Source of the DNA: a bacterium
GTDB lineage: Bacteria > DUMJ01
Length of the DNA stretch: 25,965 nucleotides
Direction of reading: 5' to 3'
NCBI GenBank assembly: GCA_049970495.1
Contig: JBMFMV010000022.1
Span: 1 to 25,965 of the forward strand
Shown: positions 8,606 to 17,154 of the stretch, in pieces
Layout: each line of letters starts with the position of its first letter
Numbering within the stretch: position 1 is the stretch's first letter
Notes under the pieces: model-generated
Database searches by the model: none
Told to the model about the DNA's origin: nothing
The model's input: only the letters and a program-made list of their open reading frames with translations
Program-made: the position numbers and the translations under genes

Positions 8606-9089
8606 ACAGATAAGAGAATCTACAGAGCATTTAGACGATCCATATATAGATGGGGTTGAGTATCATGACCCTAATGTATGTCCATCTTGTGGGGTTGTTT
8701 ATAATAAAAAGCAATGGCAGTTTATAGACATAAAACAGATACAATTGGACAAGGATGACTATATAGGTAATGCAAAATGTCCTGCCTGTAGGAAGATAGA
8801 AGACCACTATCCGATGGGACTAGTTGAACTTTCTGGTAAGTTTATAGATATTCATAAGGAAGAGATATTAAATTTGGTAAAGAATGAAGAAGAAAGGGAA
8901 AAGGAGAAGAATCCTTTAGGAAGGATTATGAGTATCGAAGATAAAGACGGTAGGATTTATATAGAAACCACCAATGAAGCACTAGCGTTGAGAATAGGTA
9001 GGGCAATATTTAAAGCATTCAAGGGTGAGATAGAATATAAATTCAGCGAAACACAGAAGTTGGTTCGCGTCCTTTGGAGGAGGGATTAA
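8589..9089 (+). CDS. BCAM0308-family protein (two CxxC motifs, NMD3-like region)
   Basis: CPSC...W...CPAC..I.D.YP.G.V.L.G.F...H..E...NPLGRIM.IE...TT.E.LA.RIG.A..KAFKG...V.W.RD pattern. SD AGGAGG upstream; overlaps the previous gene by 17 nt. Confidence 0.75.
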   Translation: MSIMRRQIRESTEHLDDPYIDGVEYHDPNVCPSCGVVYNKKQWQFIDIKQIQLDKDDYIGNAKCPACRKIEDHYPMGLVELSGKFIDIHKEEILNLVKNEEEREKEKNPLGRIMSIEDKDGRIYIETTNEALALRIGRAIFKAFKGEIEYKFSETQKLVRVLWRRD

Positions 9090-9094
9090 ATTTT

Positions 9095-9517
9095 ATGGCT
9101 AATTGGAGACCAATAAACTTTTCCGATGATTTCTGGAGGTTAGATAGAGAAGTTCAACAGTTTATGGAATGTGTATTTGGTTCTTACTCATGGAAACCTT
9201 CTGTTGATGTATATGAGACAGATAAAGAGATTGTTATCCTAGTAGAGATAGCTGGAGTTAACAAGGAAGATATAGAAGTCTTTATCCAGGGGAATATTGT
9301 CACTATAAGAGGGACTAGAAGAGAACCTGATATAAACAGAAAAGAGGCGTACCATCAGATGGAGATAAATTACGGAACTTTTGAGAGAATAATCCCTTTG
9401 CCCGTGTTTGTCAGAGAGGAAGACGCTAAAGCATCGTTCCAAAATGGGATATTGAAGATTGTATTCCCCAAGGTAACACGAGTTACCAATATACCTATAG
9501 AGGAGGGAAACGTATGA
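9095..9517 (+). CDS. Hsp20/alpha-crystallin small heat-shock protein
   Basis: W.P.VDVYET...VEIAGV.KEDI.V...TIRG.R...E..YG.FER.I.LP...A.F.NGIL.I..PK. The ATG at 9095 follows GGAGGAGG and is preferred over the TTG at 9074. Confidence 0.92.
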   Translation: MANWRPINFSDDFWRLDREVQQFMECVFGSYSWKPSVDVYETDKEIVILVEIAGVNKEDIEVFIQGNIVTIRGTRREPDINRKEAYHQMEINYGTFERIIPLPVFVREEDAKASFQNGILKIVFPKVTRVTNIPIEEGNV

Positions 9518-11850
9518 GTGACGAAGTTAAAATACCTGAAACCCTTCCAATTCTTCCGTTAAGAGAGACGGTAATCTTCCCCGCTATGGTTGCTCCCATA
9601 GTGGTGGGGAGGGAAAAATCTATAAAACTTATAGATGATGTAGCGGTTGGAAATAAGATGTTTGGGGTAGTAGCTCAGAAAGATCCACAAGTAGATGAAC
9701 CTAACACTGATCAAGTCTATCAAATTGGAACGGTATGCACCATTATACGTATGCTGAAATTTCCTGACGGAACTACAAGGCTCCTTGTTCAAGGGATCTC
9801 ACGGATAAGGATAAATCACTTTATTGAGACTGAACCTTACTTTAAGGCAAACATAGAGCCCATCCAAGAACTCTATGAATTAACTATAGAGATCCAAGGA
9901 CTTATGAGGAATGCCTTAGATCTCTTCCAAAAAGTTGTCTCTATGGCTCCTTACCTTTCTGAAGAAGCTTATATAACAGCTATGAATATTCACGAGCCTA
10001 ACAGGCTGGCAGATTTTATAGCAGCAAACCTTAATATTACTACAGCTCAGAAGCAAGAGGTATTAGAAACCATAGATGTAAAAGAGAGACTACAGAAAGT
10101 TACCTATTTTCTAAATTCTGAGATACAGATACTAGAAGTAGGTAGGCAGATACAGAGTGAGATAAAGACAGAAATGGATAAGCGGCAGAGAGAGTACATA
10201 CTTAGGGAGCAACTAAAGGCGATACAGAAGGAATTAGGCGAACTCGACCAACAAACAAAAGAGATAAATGAGCTGCGTGAGAAGATAGAGCAAGCTGGTA
10301 TGCCTGAAGAGGTAAAGAAGGAAGCAGAAAGAGAGTTAGATAGACTCTCTCAAATGATGCCTGGGGCAGCGGAGTATACAGTAGCCAGGACATACCTAGA
10401 CTGGCTTATAAACCTCCCATGGTCTAAGTCTACCGAGGATAATCTGGACATAGAAAGGGCAAGGCAGATACTTGATGAAGACCACTATGATTTAGAAAGG
10501 GTCAAAAATCGTATACTTGAATTTCTAGCGGTAAGAAAACTGAAATCTGATACACGTGGTCCTATCCTCTGCTTTGTAGGTCCTCCTGGGGTAGGTAAGA
10601 CATCTTTAGGTATGTCAATAGCCAGAGCTATGGGTAGAGAATTTGTCAGGATTTCTCTTGGTGGGGTTAGAGATGAAGCTGAGATAAGAGGACATAGAAG
10701 GACATATGTTGGTGCATTACCCGGTAGAATCATTCAAGGGATAAGAAAAGCCGGAACTAATAATCCTGTCTTTATGCTCGATGAAATAGACAAACTTGGC
10801 TTAGACTTCAGAGGAGATCCTGCTGCAGCGCTTTTAGAAGTCTTAGACCCGCAACAGAATAGTAAGTTTGTTGACCATTATCTAGATGTCCCGTTTGACC
10901 TTTCTAAGGTATTCTTTATAACTACAGCCAATATGTTAGACACTATCCCTCCAGCTCTATTAGACAGGATGGAAGTTATTACTCTTCCAGGCTATACAGA
11001 GTATGAGAAGCTAGAAATTGCTAAGAGGTATCTCATACCAAGGCAGATCTCAGAGAATGGACTAAAACCTGAGATGATCAACTTTGACGAATCTGCTATA
11101 AAGAAGATAATAAGAGAATATACTAGAGAAGCTGGGGTCAGAAATCTAGAGAGAGAAATAGGTTCTATCCTAAGGAAGATAGCCCAAAAGGTTGCACAGG
11201 GGGAGACTGGCCCATTTATAATCACTGAAGAGGATATAGAGAAATATCTTGGTATCCCCAAGTATCGATATGGACTTGCCGGTGAAAAAGATGAAATAGG
11301 TGTAGCTACCGGATTAGCTTGGACAGAAGCTGGCGGTGATATACTCTTTATTGAAGTAGCACTTGTCCCTGGTAAAGGGAATCTTATACTTACAGGTAAG
11401 CTTGGAGAGGTTATGCAAGAATCCGCTAGGGCTGCTCTTACTTATGTAAGGTCTAAGTCAGAAGAATGGGGTATAGAAAGTAGTTTCTTTGAGAAATGGG
11501 ATATACATATCCATGTACCTGCAGGAGCTATACCAAAAGATGGTCCATCAGCCGGTGTTACTATGGCTACCGCATTAGCATCTGCAATAAGGAGAATACC
11601 AGTAAGAAAAGATTTAGGTATGACAGGTGAAATAACAATAAGGGGAAAGATTTTACCAGTGGGAGGTATAAGAGAAAAAGTTCTTGCAGCACATAGGGCT
11701 GGATTAAAAACAGTGATGCTCCCCAGAGATAATGAGAGAGACTTAGAGGAAGTCCCTCAAATAGTAAAGAATGACATAGAATTTATCTTTATAGAGCACG
11801 CTGATGAAGCTATTAATCAGGCTCTTCTTATTCCAGAATTAGTAAAGTAA
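9514..11850 (+). CDS. lon: ATP-dependent protease La (LonA)
   Basis: N-domain LPILPLRETVIFP, Walker A GPPGVGKT, RGHRRTYVGALPG, Walker B LDEIDK, catalytic Ser in PKDGPSAG and Lys in GGIREK. ATGA overlap with hsp20. Confidence 0.97.
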   Translation: MSDEVKIPETLPILPLRETVIFPAMVAPIVVGREKSIKLIDDVAVGNKMFGVVAQKDPQVDEPNTDQVYQIGTVCTIIRMLKFPDGTTRLLVQGISRIRINHFIETEPYFKANIEPIQELYELTIEIQGLMRNALDLFQKVVSMAPYLSEEAYITAMNIHEPNRLADFIAANLNITTAQKQEVLETIDVKERLQKVTYFLNSEIQILEVGRQIQSEIKTEMDKRQREYILREQLKAIQKELGELDQQTKEINELREKIEQAGMPEEVKKEAERELDRLSQMMPGAAEYTVARTYLDWLINLPWSKSTEDNLDIERARQILDEDHYDLERVKNRILEFLAVRKLKSDTRGPILCFVGPPGVGKTSLGMSIARAMGREFVRISLGGVRDEAEIRGHRRTYVGALPGRIIQGIRKAGTNNPVFMLDEIDKLGLDFRGDPAAALLEVLDPQQNSKFVDHYLDVPFDLSKVFFITTANMLDTIPPALLDRMEVITLPGYTEYEKLEIAKRYLIPRQISENGLKPEMINFDESAIKKIIREYTREAGVRNLEREIGSILRKIAQKVAQGETGPFIITEEDIEKYLGIPKYRYGLAGEKDEIGVATGLAWTEAGGDILFIEVALVPGKGNLILTGKLGEVMQESARAALTYVRSKSEEWGIESSFFEKWDIHIHVPAGAIPKDGPSAGVTMATALASAIRRIPVRKDLGMTGEITIRGKILPVGGIREKVLAAHRAGLKTVMLPRDNERDLEEVPQIVKNDIEFIFIEHADEAINQALLIPELVK

Positions 11851-11869
11851 TCATAATAGGAGGCGATCA

Positions 11870-13780
11870 ATGGATAGATTTAGTAAAGAAGCTCTAACAA
11901 CTGAAGAGATTAAACGACTTGAGAGGTTGGGGGTTCTATGTAGAGGAGATATACTCAAAATGACCACACTAGCCAAACAGGGACACCCTGGAGGTTCTAT
12001 GTCCTCTATAGATATCTATATAACACTTTACTCCTTTGCCAATGTAGATCCAAAAGATCCATACAATCCAAATAGAGATAGGATTGTCATAAGTCATGGT
12101 CATACATCTCCTGGTGTATATTCTACTCTGGGAAGGTTTGGCTTTATAGACCTCGATAAGGCTATAGCTCACTTCAGACAAGCTGGTAGTATATTTGAAG
12201 GGCATATAGAAAGGGTAGTTCCTGGAGTAGAATGGACCACTGGGAATTTAGGACAGGGGCTTTCAGCCGGGTGTGGTTTTGCAGTCGCAGGGAGAGTTAG
12301 GAGTTTAGATTTTCATACCTTTGTAGTTATGGGGGATGGAGAGCAACAAAAAGGGCAACTATCAGAAGCTAGACGCTTTGCAGTAAAGTATAACCTCCCT
12401 ATAACTGCAATTATTGATAACAATGGGCTACAGATAAGTGGCACTAATAAATCTGTAATGCCCCAGGATATAAAGACTAACTATCTTTCCGATGGATGGG
12501 AAGTTCTTGAGATAGATGGGCATAACTATCAAGAGATTTATCAGGCTCTAAGATATAGTGTAAGAAAAAAGAAGCCCATAGCTATTATTGCTCGTACAGT
12601 GATGGGTAAAGGGGTCTCTTTTATGGAAAATAAAGAGGTCTATCATGGTAAGGCTCTCAGTATGGACGAATATAAGAAGGCTATGGCAGAACTTAACCTC
12701 GATGATGATCTAGAAGAGTATAGAAGAATGAGAGAAGCCTTTGAACCAGAGCCTCATAACTTCCCTCCAAATGAACCTATCAATATAGATCCAGGGACTC
12801 CATTTACCTACAACCCAGGCGACAAGATAGACAACAGGAGTGCCTTTGGGAATGCCATAAAAGATCTTGGGACAAGGAATAATGATGGGAAACATACACC
12901 AATCATTGTTTTCGACTGTGATCTTGCCAGTTCAGTAAAGACTGACGGATTTAGTAGGGCATGTCCAAATCACTTCTTCCAAGGTGGAATACAGGAGCAT
13001 AATACCGCTACTATTGCCGGTGCTGCATCTATTCAAGGAGTTATTAGTTTCTTTGCCGATTTTGGTGTCTTTGGCATTGATGAAACCTACAACCAACATA
13101 GACTCAATAGTATAAATAACACTAATCTAAAACTTGTTACTACCCATTGTGGTCTAGATGTTGGCTCAGACGGAAAGACCCATCAATGCATAGACTATGT
13201 AGGAGTTATGAGAAACTTATTTAATTTCAAGGTTATAGTTCCTGCAGATCCAAATCAGACTGATATTGTCACAAGATTTGTAGCAAAGTCTGAAGGAAAT
13301 TTTCTAATTGCAATGGGAAGGTCAGTAATTCCAATAATAACTGATGAGTCCGGTAAACCTTTTTATGATACTAACTATAGATTTGAATATGGTAAGGCAG
13401 ACCTATTAAGAGACGGGAATGACGGAGCTATCATCACAATGGGGACAATGGTCTATAGGGCTATCAAAGCATGGGAAATTCTCAAATCTAAGGGGATATT
13501 AGTAAAGGTGATAAATGTCTCCTGTCCATTAGCTCTAGACCGGAAAATGCTTAGAGAGGCATGCAACACTGGATTAGTTGTTACATATGAGGACCACAAT
13601 GTAAATACAGGATTAGGCTCTATAGTATCCTCTGCTATTGCAGAGGAAGGGATAAAGACCAAACTGATAAAGCTTGGTATAACTTGCTATGGTGCATCTG
13701 GGGAATCAGAAGAGCTATTCAAGATGTATGGATTAGACGCAGAAAGTTTAGTCAAAGTAATCGAAGAAGCTAAAAGATAA
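11870..13780 (+). CDS. tkt: Transketolase (single-chain)
   Basis: GHPGGSMS, DR.V.S.GH, TGNLGQGLS, ThDP motif GDGE...DNN, T.MGKG...HG, GIQEH, TH.G..VG.DG.THQ, C-terminal EDH...GLG. SD AGGAGG. Confidence 0.92.
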   Translation: MDRFSKEALTTEEIKRLERLGVLCRGDILKMTTLAKQGHPGGSMSSIDIYITLYSFANVDPKDPYNPNRDRIVISHGHTSPGVYSTLGRFGFIDLDKAIAHFRQAGSIFEGHIERVVPGVEWTTGNLGQGLSAGCGFAVAGRVRSLDFHTFVVMGDGEQQKGQLSEARRFAVKYNLPITAIIDNNGLQISGTNKSVMPQDIKTNYLSDGWEVLEIDGHNYQEIYQALRYSVRKKKPIAIIARTVMGKGVSFMENKEVYHGKALSMDEYKKAMAELNLDDDLEEYRRMREAFEPEPHNFPPNEPINIDPGTPFTYNPGDKIDNRSAFGNAIKDLGTRNNDGKHTPIIVFDCDLASSVKTDGFSRACPNHFFQGGIQEHNTATIAGAASIQGVISFFADFGVFGIDETYNQHRLNSINNTNLKLVTTHCGLDVGSDGKTHQCIDYVGVMRNLFNFKVIVPADPNQTDIVTRFVAKSEGNFLIAMGRSVIPIITDESGKPFYDTNYRFEYGKADLLRDGNDGAIITMGTMVYRAIKAWEILKSKGILVKVINVSCPLALDRKMLREACNTGLVVTYEDHNVNTGLGSIVSSAIAEEGIKTKLIKLGITCYGASGESEELFKMYGLDAESLVKVIEEAKR

Positions 13781-13788
13781 ATCCTATA

Positions 13789-13826
13789 TGGCGCATAAGT
13801 TTTATCTTATGCGCCACTTCTTTTTT
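13789..13826 (+). terminator. Intrinsic terminator after tkt, overlapping the stop of the convergent gene
   Basis: TGGCGCATAAG (13789-13799), loop TTTTAT, CTTATGCGCCA (13806-13816): a perfect 11-bp stem followed by CTTCTTTTTT. Confidence 0.8.
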
Positions 13827-14604
13827 CTAGCTCTAAGATTAGCTCTTTTACCTTTTCTTTTAGTCTATTTTTCCCTTCAACAACAATATCTAATGCGTTG
13901 TAATTGAGGTTAGTTGTTTCTCTATATGCCTCTGTAACTATTGATAGAGTTTCTTCTACATTAATCTTAGCTACACCAAGAGTTATAGCCTTATCTATAT
14001 CTTCCATAGGCATATTGGCATCTTTGCGCAGTGAAAGAGGGATCTTTACTATTTTATTTATCCTTTCTAATCTTTCAAAATCCAAACTAGACGCCTTATT
14101 ATAAGATTTTACAGCTACCTCTAGCACATCTATCTCTGTCTCCAAAAGAAATGAGTAGGCTAAGTCTGGGTCTGTAAATTCATAGCCATTTATTCTAGAG
14201 ACTACCTTCCCCTCTACAGAGATGCCAGTTGCTCTTGCAACCTCTATTATAGTAGAGGTAAGCCTAACATTATCTTCATATGACAAACGCGAACCATCTA
14301 TCATTATAGAAGTAAAACCAATACTTATAGCCTTCCAGATATCTTTTAAATCTACTGCGCGATCTAGATGAAGAACTATAGGAGCGCTACAATAGTCAGC
14401 AAAAGACCTGTAGACACCTACAACACTTCTTCCTCCCAGTTTATCCAAGATATCCGATGTACAAGCAATAATAACGGGTAGATCTAATTCATACACCGCC
14501 TCAATAACTCCAACTATATCTTCTAGGGTATGTATATTAAACTGTAAGATTACCCTATGTTCCTTATATGCCTTAGGTAGAATATCTCTAAGCGTTACTT
14601 CCAT
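13807..14604 (-). CDS. Class II fructose/tagatose-bisphosphate aldolase homologue, predicted catalytically inactive
   Basis: Fold motifs are retained (QFN, PVI, LHLD, GFTSIMIDGS, EDN..T, GISVE, TDP, G.AKINV), but HLDH is HLDR, GxxHG is KSYNK and LHGG is LRKD. The ORF is intact and overlaps the pyrB stop by 17 nt. Confidence 0.85.
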   Translation of the reverse strand: MEVTLRDILPKAYKEHRVILQFNIHTLEDIVGVIEAVYELDLPVIIACTSDILDKLGGRSVVGVYRSFADYCSAPIVLHLDRAVDLKDIWKAISIGFTSIMIDGSRLSYEDNVRLTSTIIEVARATGISVEGKVVSRINGYEFTDPDLAYSFLLETEIDVLEVAVKSYNKASSLDFERLERINKIVKIPLSLRKDANMPMEDIDKAITLGVAKINVEETLSIVTEAYRETTNLNYNALDIVVEGKNRLKEKVKELILELEKRSGA

Positions 14605-15514
14605 AATCTCTAACTTCTTTTAGTAGACTTAATATCGCCGTCCTAATAAATACACCATTAGTCACCTGTCTCTCTACTAGAGATTGCTTAGAATATAATA
14701 CATCTTCTGTCATCTCAATCCCAACATTTACCGGCCCTGGATGTAGAATGATTAGATCTGGCTTGGCTTTCTTAATTCGATCTCTATTTATCTGATATCT
14801 TTTTGTATACTCCTTCACCGATATATGCATCTTTTCCATCCTCTCCCTCTGAATCCTTAGCACCATAAGAACGTCAGTATCTTCTATAACATCATCTAGA
14901 GAATAGCTTATCTCTATACCAAGCTTTTCAAAATCATTAGGTAAGAACTCTGGTGGACCAACTAATGTTATTTCTGCCCCTAACTTTTTTAAGAGCCAGA
15001 TATTAGACCTAGCCACTCTACTATGTAATACATCACCTACAATGATTACTTTCTTTCCTTCTATACTTCCTTTAGCCTCAATCATTGTCATTGCATCTAA
15101 AAGTGCCTGTGTTGGATGCCCTCTTGTCCCATCCCCTGCATTTATTATTGATGCTGAAACCCTCTCTGCTATCTGATACGGAAAACCCGATTCCCTATGT
15201 CTTATGACAAAAAAATTTACCCCCATAGCCTGTAATGTCCTCACTGTATTTAAAGCAGATTCACCCTTAACTAGACTACTCCCTGCAGTATCCATAGCTA
15301 CCACTATGGCTCCAAGTTTTTTCCCTGCAATCTCAAAAGAATTCCTAGTTCTAGTACTGGGCTCAAAAAATAGAAGAGAAAGGATCTCATTTGAAAGGGG
15401 AAGGCTCTTTATCTTACCAGCTTTAAACTTAAATGCAGTATCTATTATAAGCTGAATCTCTTCCTTCGTAAGGATATCTGTATCTAACAAGTCCTTACTT
15501 TTTAATCTTTCCAT
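14588..15514 (-). CDS. pyrB: Aspartate carbamoyltransferase catalytic subunit
   Basis: FFEPSTRT, SSLVKGES, IRH, INAGDG..HPTQALLD, GD..HSRVARS, RIQRER, HPGP, QV.NGV..R. SD GAGGTGA upstream. Confidence 0.97.
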   Translation of the reverse strand: MERLKSKDLLDTDILTKEEIQLIIDTAFKFKAGKIKSLPLSNEILSLLFFEPSTRTRNSFEIAGKKLGAIVVAMDTAGSSLVKGESALNTVRTLQAMGVNFFVIRHRESGFPYQIAERVSASIINAGDGTRGHPTQALLDAMTMIEAKGSIEGKKVIIVGDVLHSRVARSNIWLLKKLGAEITLVGPPEFLPNDFEKLGIEISYSLDDVIEDTDVLMVLRIQRERMEKMHISVKEYTKRYQINRDRIKKAKPDLIILHPGPVNVGIEMTEDVLYSKQSLVERQVTNGVFIRTAILSLLKEVRDYGSNA

Positions 15515-15517
15515 AAA

Positions 15518-15585
15518 GGATCACCTCACCTTTCTGGGGCGATCCGGCAAAACCTTTTCGGACTCACCGGACCGATTAAAAGGTT
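15518..15585 (-). promoter_or_regulatory. PyrR-binding leader RNA with SD-sequestering hairpin
   Basis: Minus-strand AACCUUUUAAU-CGGUCCGGUGAGUCCG-AAAAGGUU (15585-15551) resembles the PyrR binding-loop consensus (CUUUAA...ARUCCNGNGAGGYU...AAAG). Downstream GGAUCGCC/GGUGAUCC (15545-15518) covers the SD. Sits directly upstream of pyrB. Confidence 0.85.
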
Positions 15586-15591
15586 AAGGGT

Positions 15592-15620
15592 ATGATAACA
15601 GAAAAGAGAGAAAATGTCAA
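15592..15620 (-). promoter_or_regulatory. sigma70-type promoter of pyrB
   Basis: TTGACA (15620-15615), 17 nt, TATCAT (15597-15592), with a TGn extension. The predicted start site falls right at the 5' end of the PyrR hairpin. Confidence 0.85.
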
Positions 15621-15642
15621 ACATCTGTTAATGTTATTAATC

Positions 15643-15676
15643 TTGACTATTTCTGCCAAATAGGTATAGTTATAAT
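15643..15676 (+). promoter_or_regulatory. Putative sigma70-type promoter, divergent from pyrB
   Basis: TTGACT (15643-15648), 16 nt, TATAGT (15665-15670), with an adjacent TATAAT at 15671-15676. SD AAGGAG at 15690-15695. Confidence 0.6.
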
Positions 15677-15700
15677 AGGGTATTCTCTTAAGGAGAGTGA

Positions 15701-16669
15701 TTGACTATGTTATGGATAATACTTGTATTTATAGCGACGTCTCTTATTTGGGTAGCTTCAAGGTCAATAACAAGGAGGAAAGAAGAAAAAAAGTTACTGT
15801 CTGAGGCTGCATCAAGGATTTCTTTTAAGCCAGAGATGATAGATACAGGTGAAGTTACAAGAACCGAAGATAATGGATGGACTCTAAACCCTAAGAGTAC
15901 ATTTCCCCTTACTATCTACGGTGTAGATGAAGAGGTAGCTAATAGGATAAAAGAGATACTTGATAGGGGACTTTCGGGTGATATTTATAGAGTTGCTGAG
16001 AATATCGCCCCTATAGTAGCTCGATACAAAATAAGGTGCAAAGAGATTGATGAATATATAAAGACATTTAAACCAATCTATCTTAGAAAAATAGAAGAGC
16101 AGATGAAAAGCTATACCCAGTGGGAAAATCTCTCCGATTCAGAGAGGAAAGATTTAATCTCTAAATTTAGAACTAACGCCATCTTATCTTTAGAGATCCG
16201 TCCATACTGTGATATAGAAACCCTCTTTGAGGGGGACTCTTTAGACCCGTCTTCCTATGATGAGCTGATACAAAAATATGGGTATGATACAATCAAATTC
16301 TATTTAAAAAAGAAGGATAGAAGCGCTACGATTCCCAATAAGGATTATTCTACTATTATTAAAGAGCCAAAAGACGTAGACCTTTCTGACGAAAACCTAT
16401 CTCTCTACTGGCAATATATAGAAGAGGTCTCTTTTTTGATCGCCCATACTTATATAATGTCAGCTTATGCTACAAGAGATTACCGAGATTTTAAAAAATT
16501 TGGAAAATCTGAGCTAATAAGGGAGTGGAAACTTATAAATTCAAATGATGAGAGTGTATGTCCCTACTGCAAAAATCTAGAAGGCAGACACTTCTCTATT
16601 GAAGAATACCCAAAAGTACCACTCCACATCGGATGTAGGTGTGTTGTAACCTCAGTTATAAGAAAGTAA
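15701..16669 (+). CDS. Hypothetical membrane-anchored protein with C-terminal CxxC...HxxCRC motif
   Basis: N-terminal hydrophobic helix followed by RRKEEKK. C-terminus DESVCPYCKNLEGRHF...PKVPLHIGCRC. Start is TTG 15701 or ATG 15707. Confidence 0.75.
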   Translation: MTMLWIILVFIATSLIWVASRSITRRKEEKKLLSEAASRISFKPEMIDTGEVTRTEDNGWTLNPKSTFPLTIYGVDEEVANRIKEILDRGLSGDIYRVAENIAPIVARYKIRCKEIDEYIKTFKPIYLRKIEEQMKSYTQWENLSDSERKDLISKFRTNAILSLEIRPYCDIETLFEGDSLDPSSYDELIQKYGYDTIKFYLKKKDRSATIPNKDYSTIIKEPKDVDLSDENLSLYWQYIEEVSFLIAHTYIMSAYATRDYRDFKKFGKSELIREWKLINSNDESVCPYCKNLEGRHFSIEEYPKVPLHIGCRCVVTSVIRK

Positions 16670-16674
16670 ATGTC

Positions 16675-17109
16675 TTAAAATCTAAAGCCTAAACCTAGGG
16701 CAAGCTTTAATTCAGGATGGAAAGAATACTTTTTTTTACTATCATAGGTATACTCTTCTACACCCAATCTAAGCTGAAGTCCCATCTTCCACTCCGTCCC
16801 AAGAGAACCAGCAAATATAATCCCACCTTCTATGTAAGGAAGTATAAACACTTCTACGCCACCTTCCCCATAAAAATAGAAAGGACCTGTCATATGGAAA
16901 TATCTCCTATATCCTACCCCTAAAAATGTCAAACCTATGAGAGCCTCTGGTTCTCCTTTTGATCCTACATCAGTATAATAACCAATAATAATTGAGTCTA
17001 AACCTAACCTAATCCTCTTATCTACTAACAAATCAGCATAAGCAGGAGTTATAGAAGAGACTAATATACACACCGCCAACACTACCCCAATTAACTTTAC
17101 CCTATACAT
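16675..17109 (-). CDS. Small exported protein, probable outer-membrane beta-barrel
   Basis: Signal peptide ending AYA, Gly/aromatic alternating strands (GVGYRRYF, FYFYGEGG, LQLRLGVEE), terminal LALGLGFRF ending in Phe. Strong SD GGAGGAGGTG 8 nt upstream. Confidence 0.65.
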   Translation of the reverse strand: MYRVKLIGVVLAVCILVSSITPAYADLLVDKRIRLGLDSIIIGYYTDVGSKGEPEALIGLTFLGVGYRRYFHMTGPFYFYGEGGVEVFILPYIEGGIIFAGSLGTEWKMGLQLRLGVEEYTYDSKKKYSFHPELKLALGLGFRF

Positions 17110-17154
17110 CTAAATAACACCTCCTCCAGATAAAATTAATTTTTCTTTTGTTAA

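Noticed and set aside
2056..13662. Short antisense ORFs inside genes (2056-2340, 3048-3275, 3966-4166, 4293-4598, 6847-7059, 7768-8079, 9239-9442, 9559-9792, 10202-10393, 10485-10733, 10992-11261, 11969-12205, 12710-12895, 13453-13662)
   Set aside because: Fully nested opposite well-supported genes with no recognisable motifs; expected shadow ORFs.
13807..14604. Annotating the ORF as functional fba/gatY, or as a pseudogene
   Set aside because: Loss of the Zn ligands argues against activity; the absence of stops or frameshifts and the retained fold motifs argue against simple decay.
15620..15663. Short inverted repeats (AACAT-N6-ATGTT; CTATTT-N5-AAATAG) between the divergent promoters as operators
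   Set aside because: Arms of 5-6 AT-rich bases are expected by chance, and I saw no second copy or regulator gene in the window.
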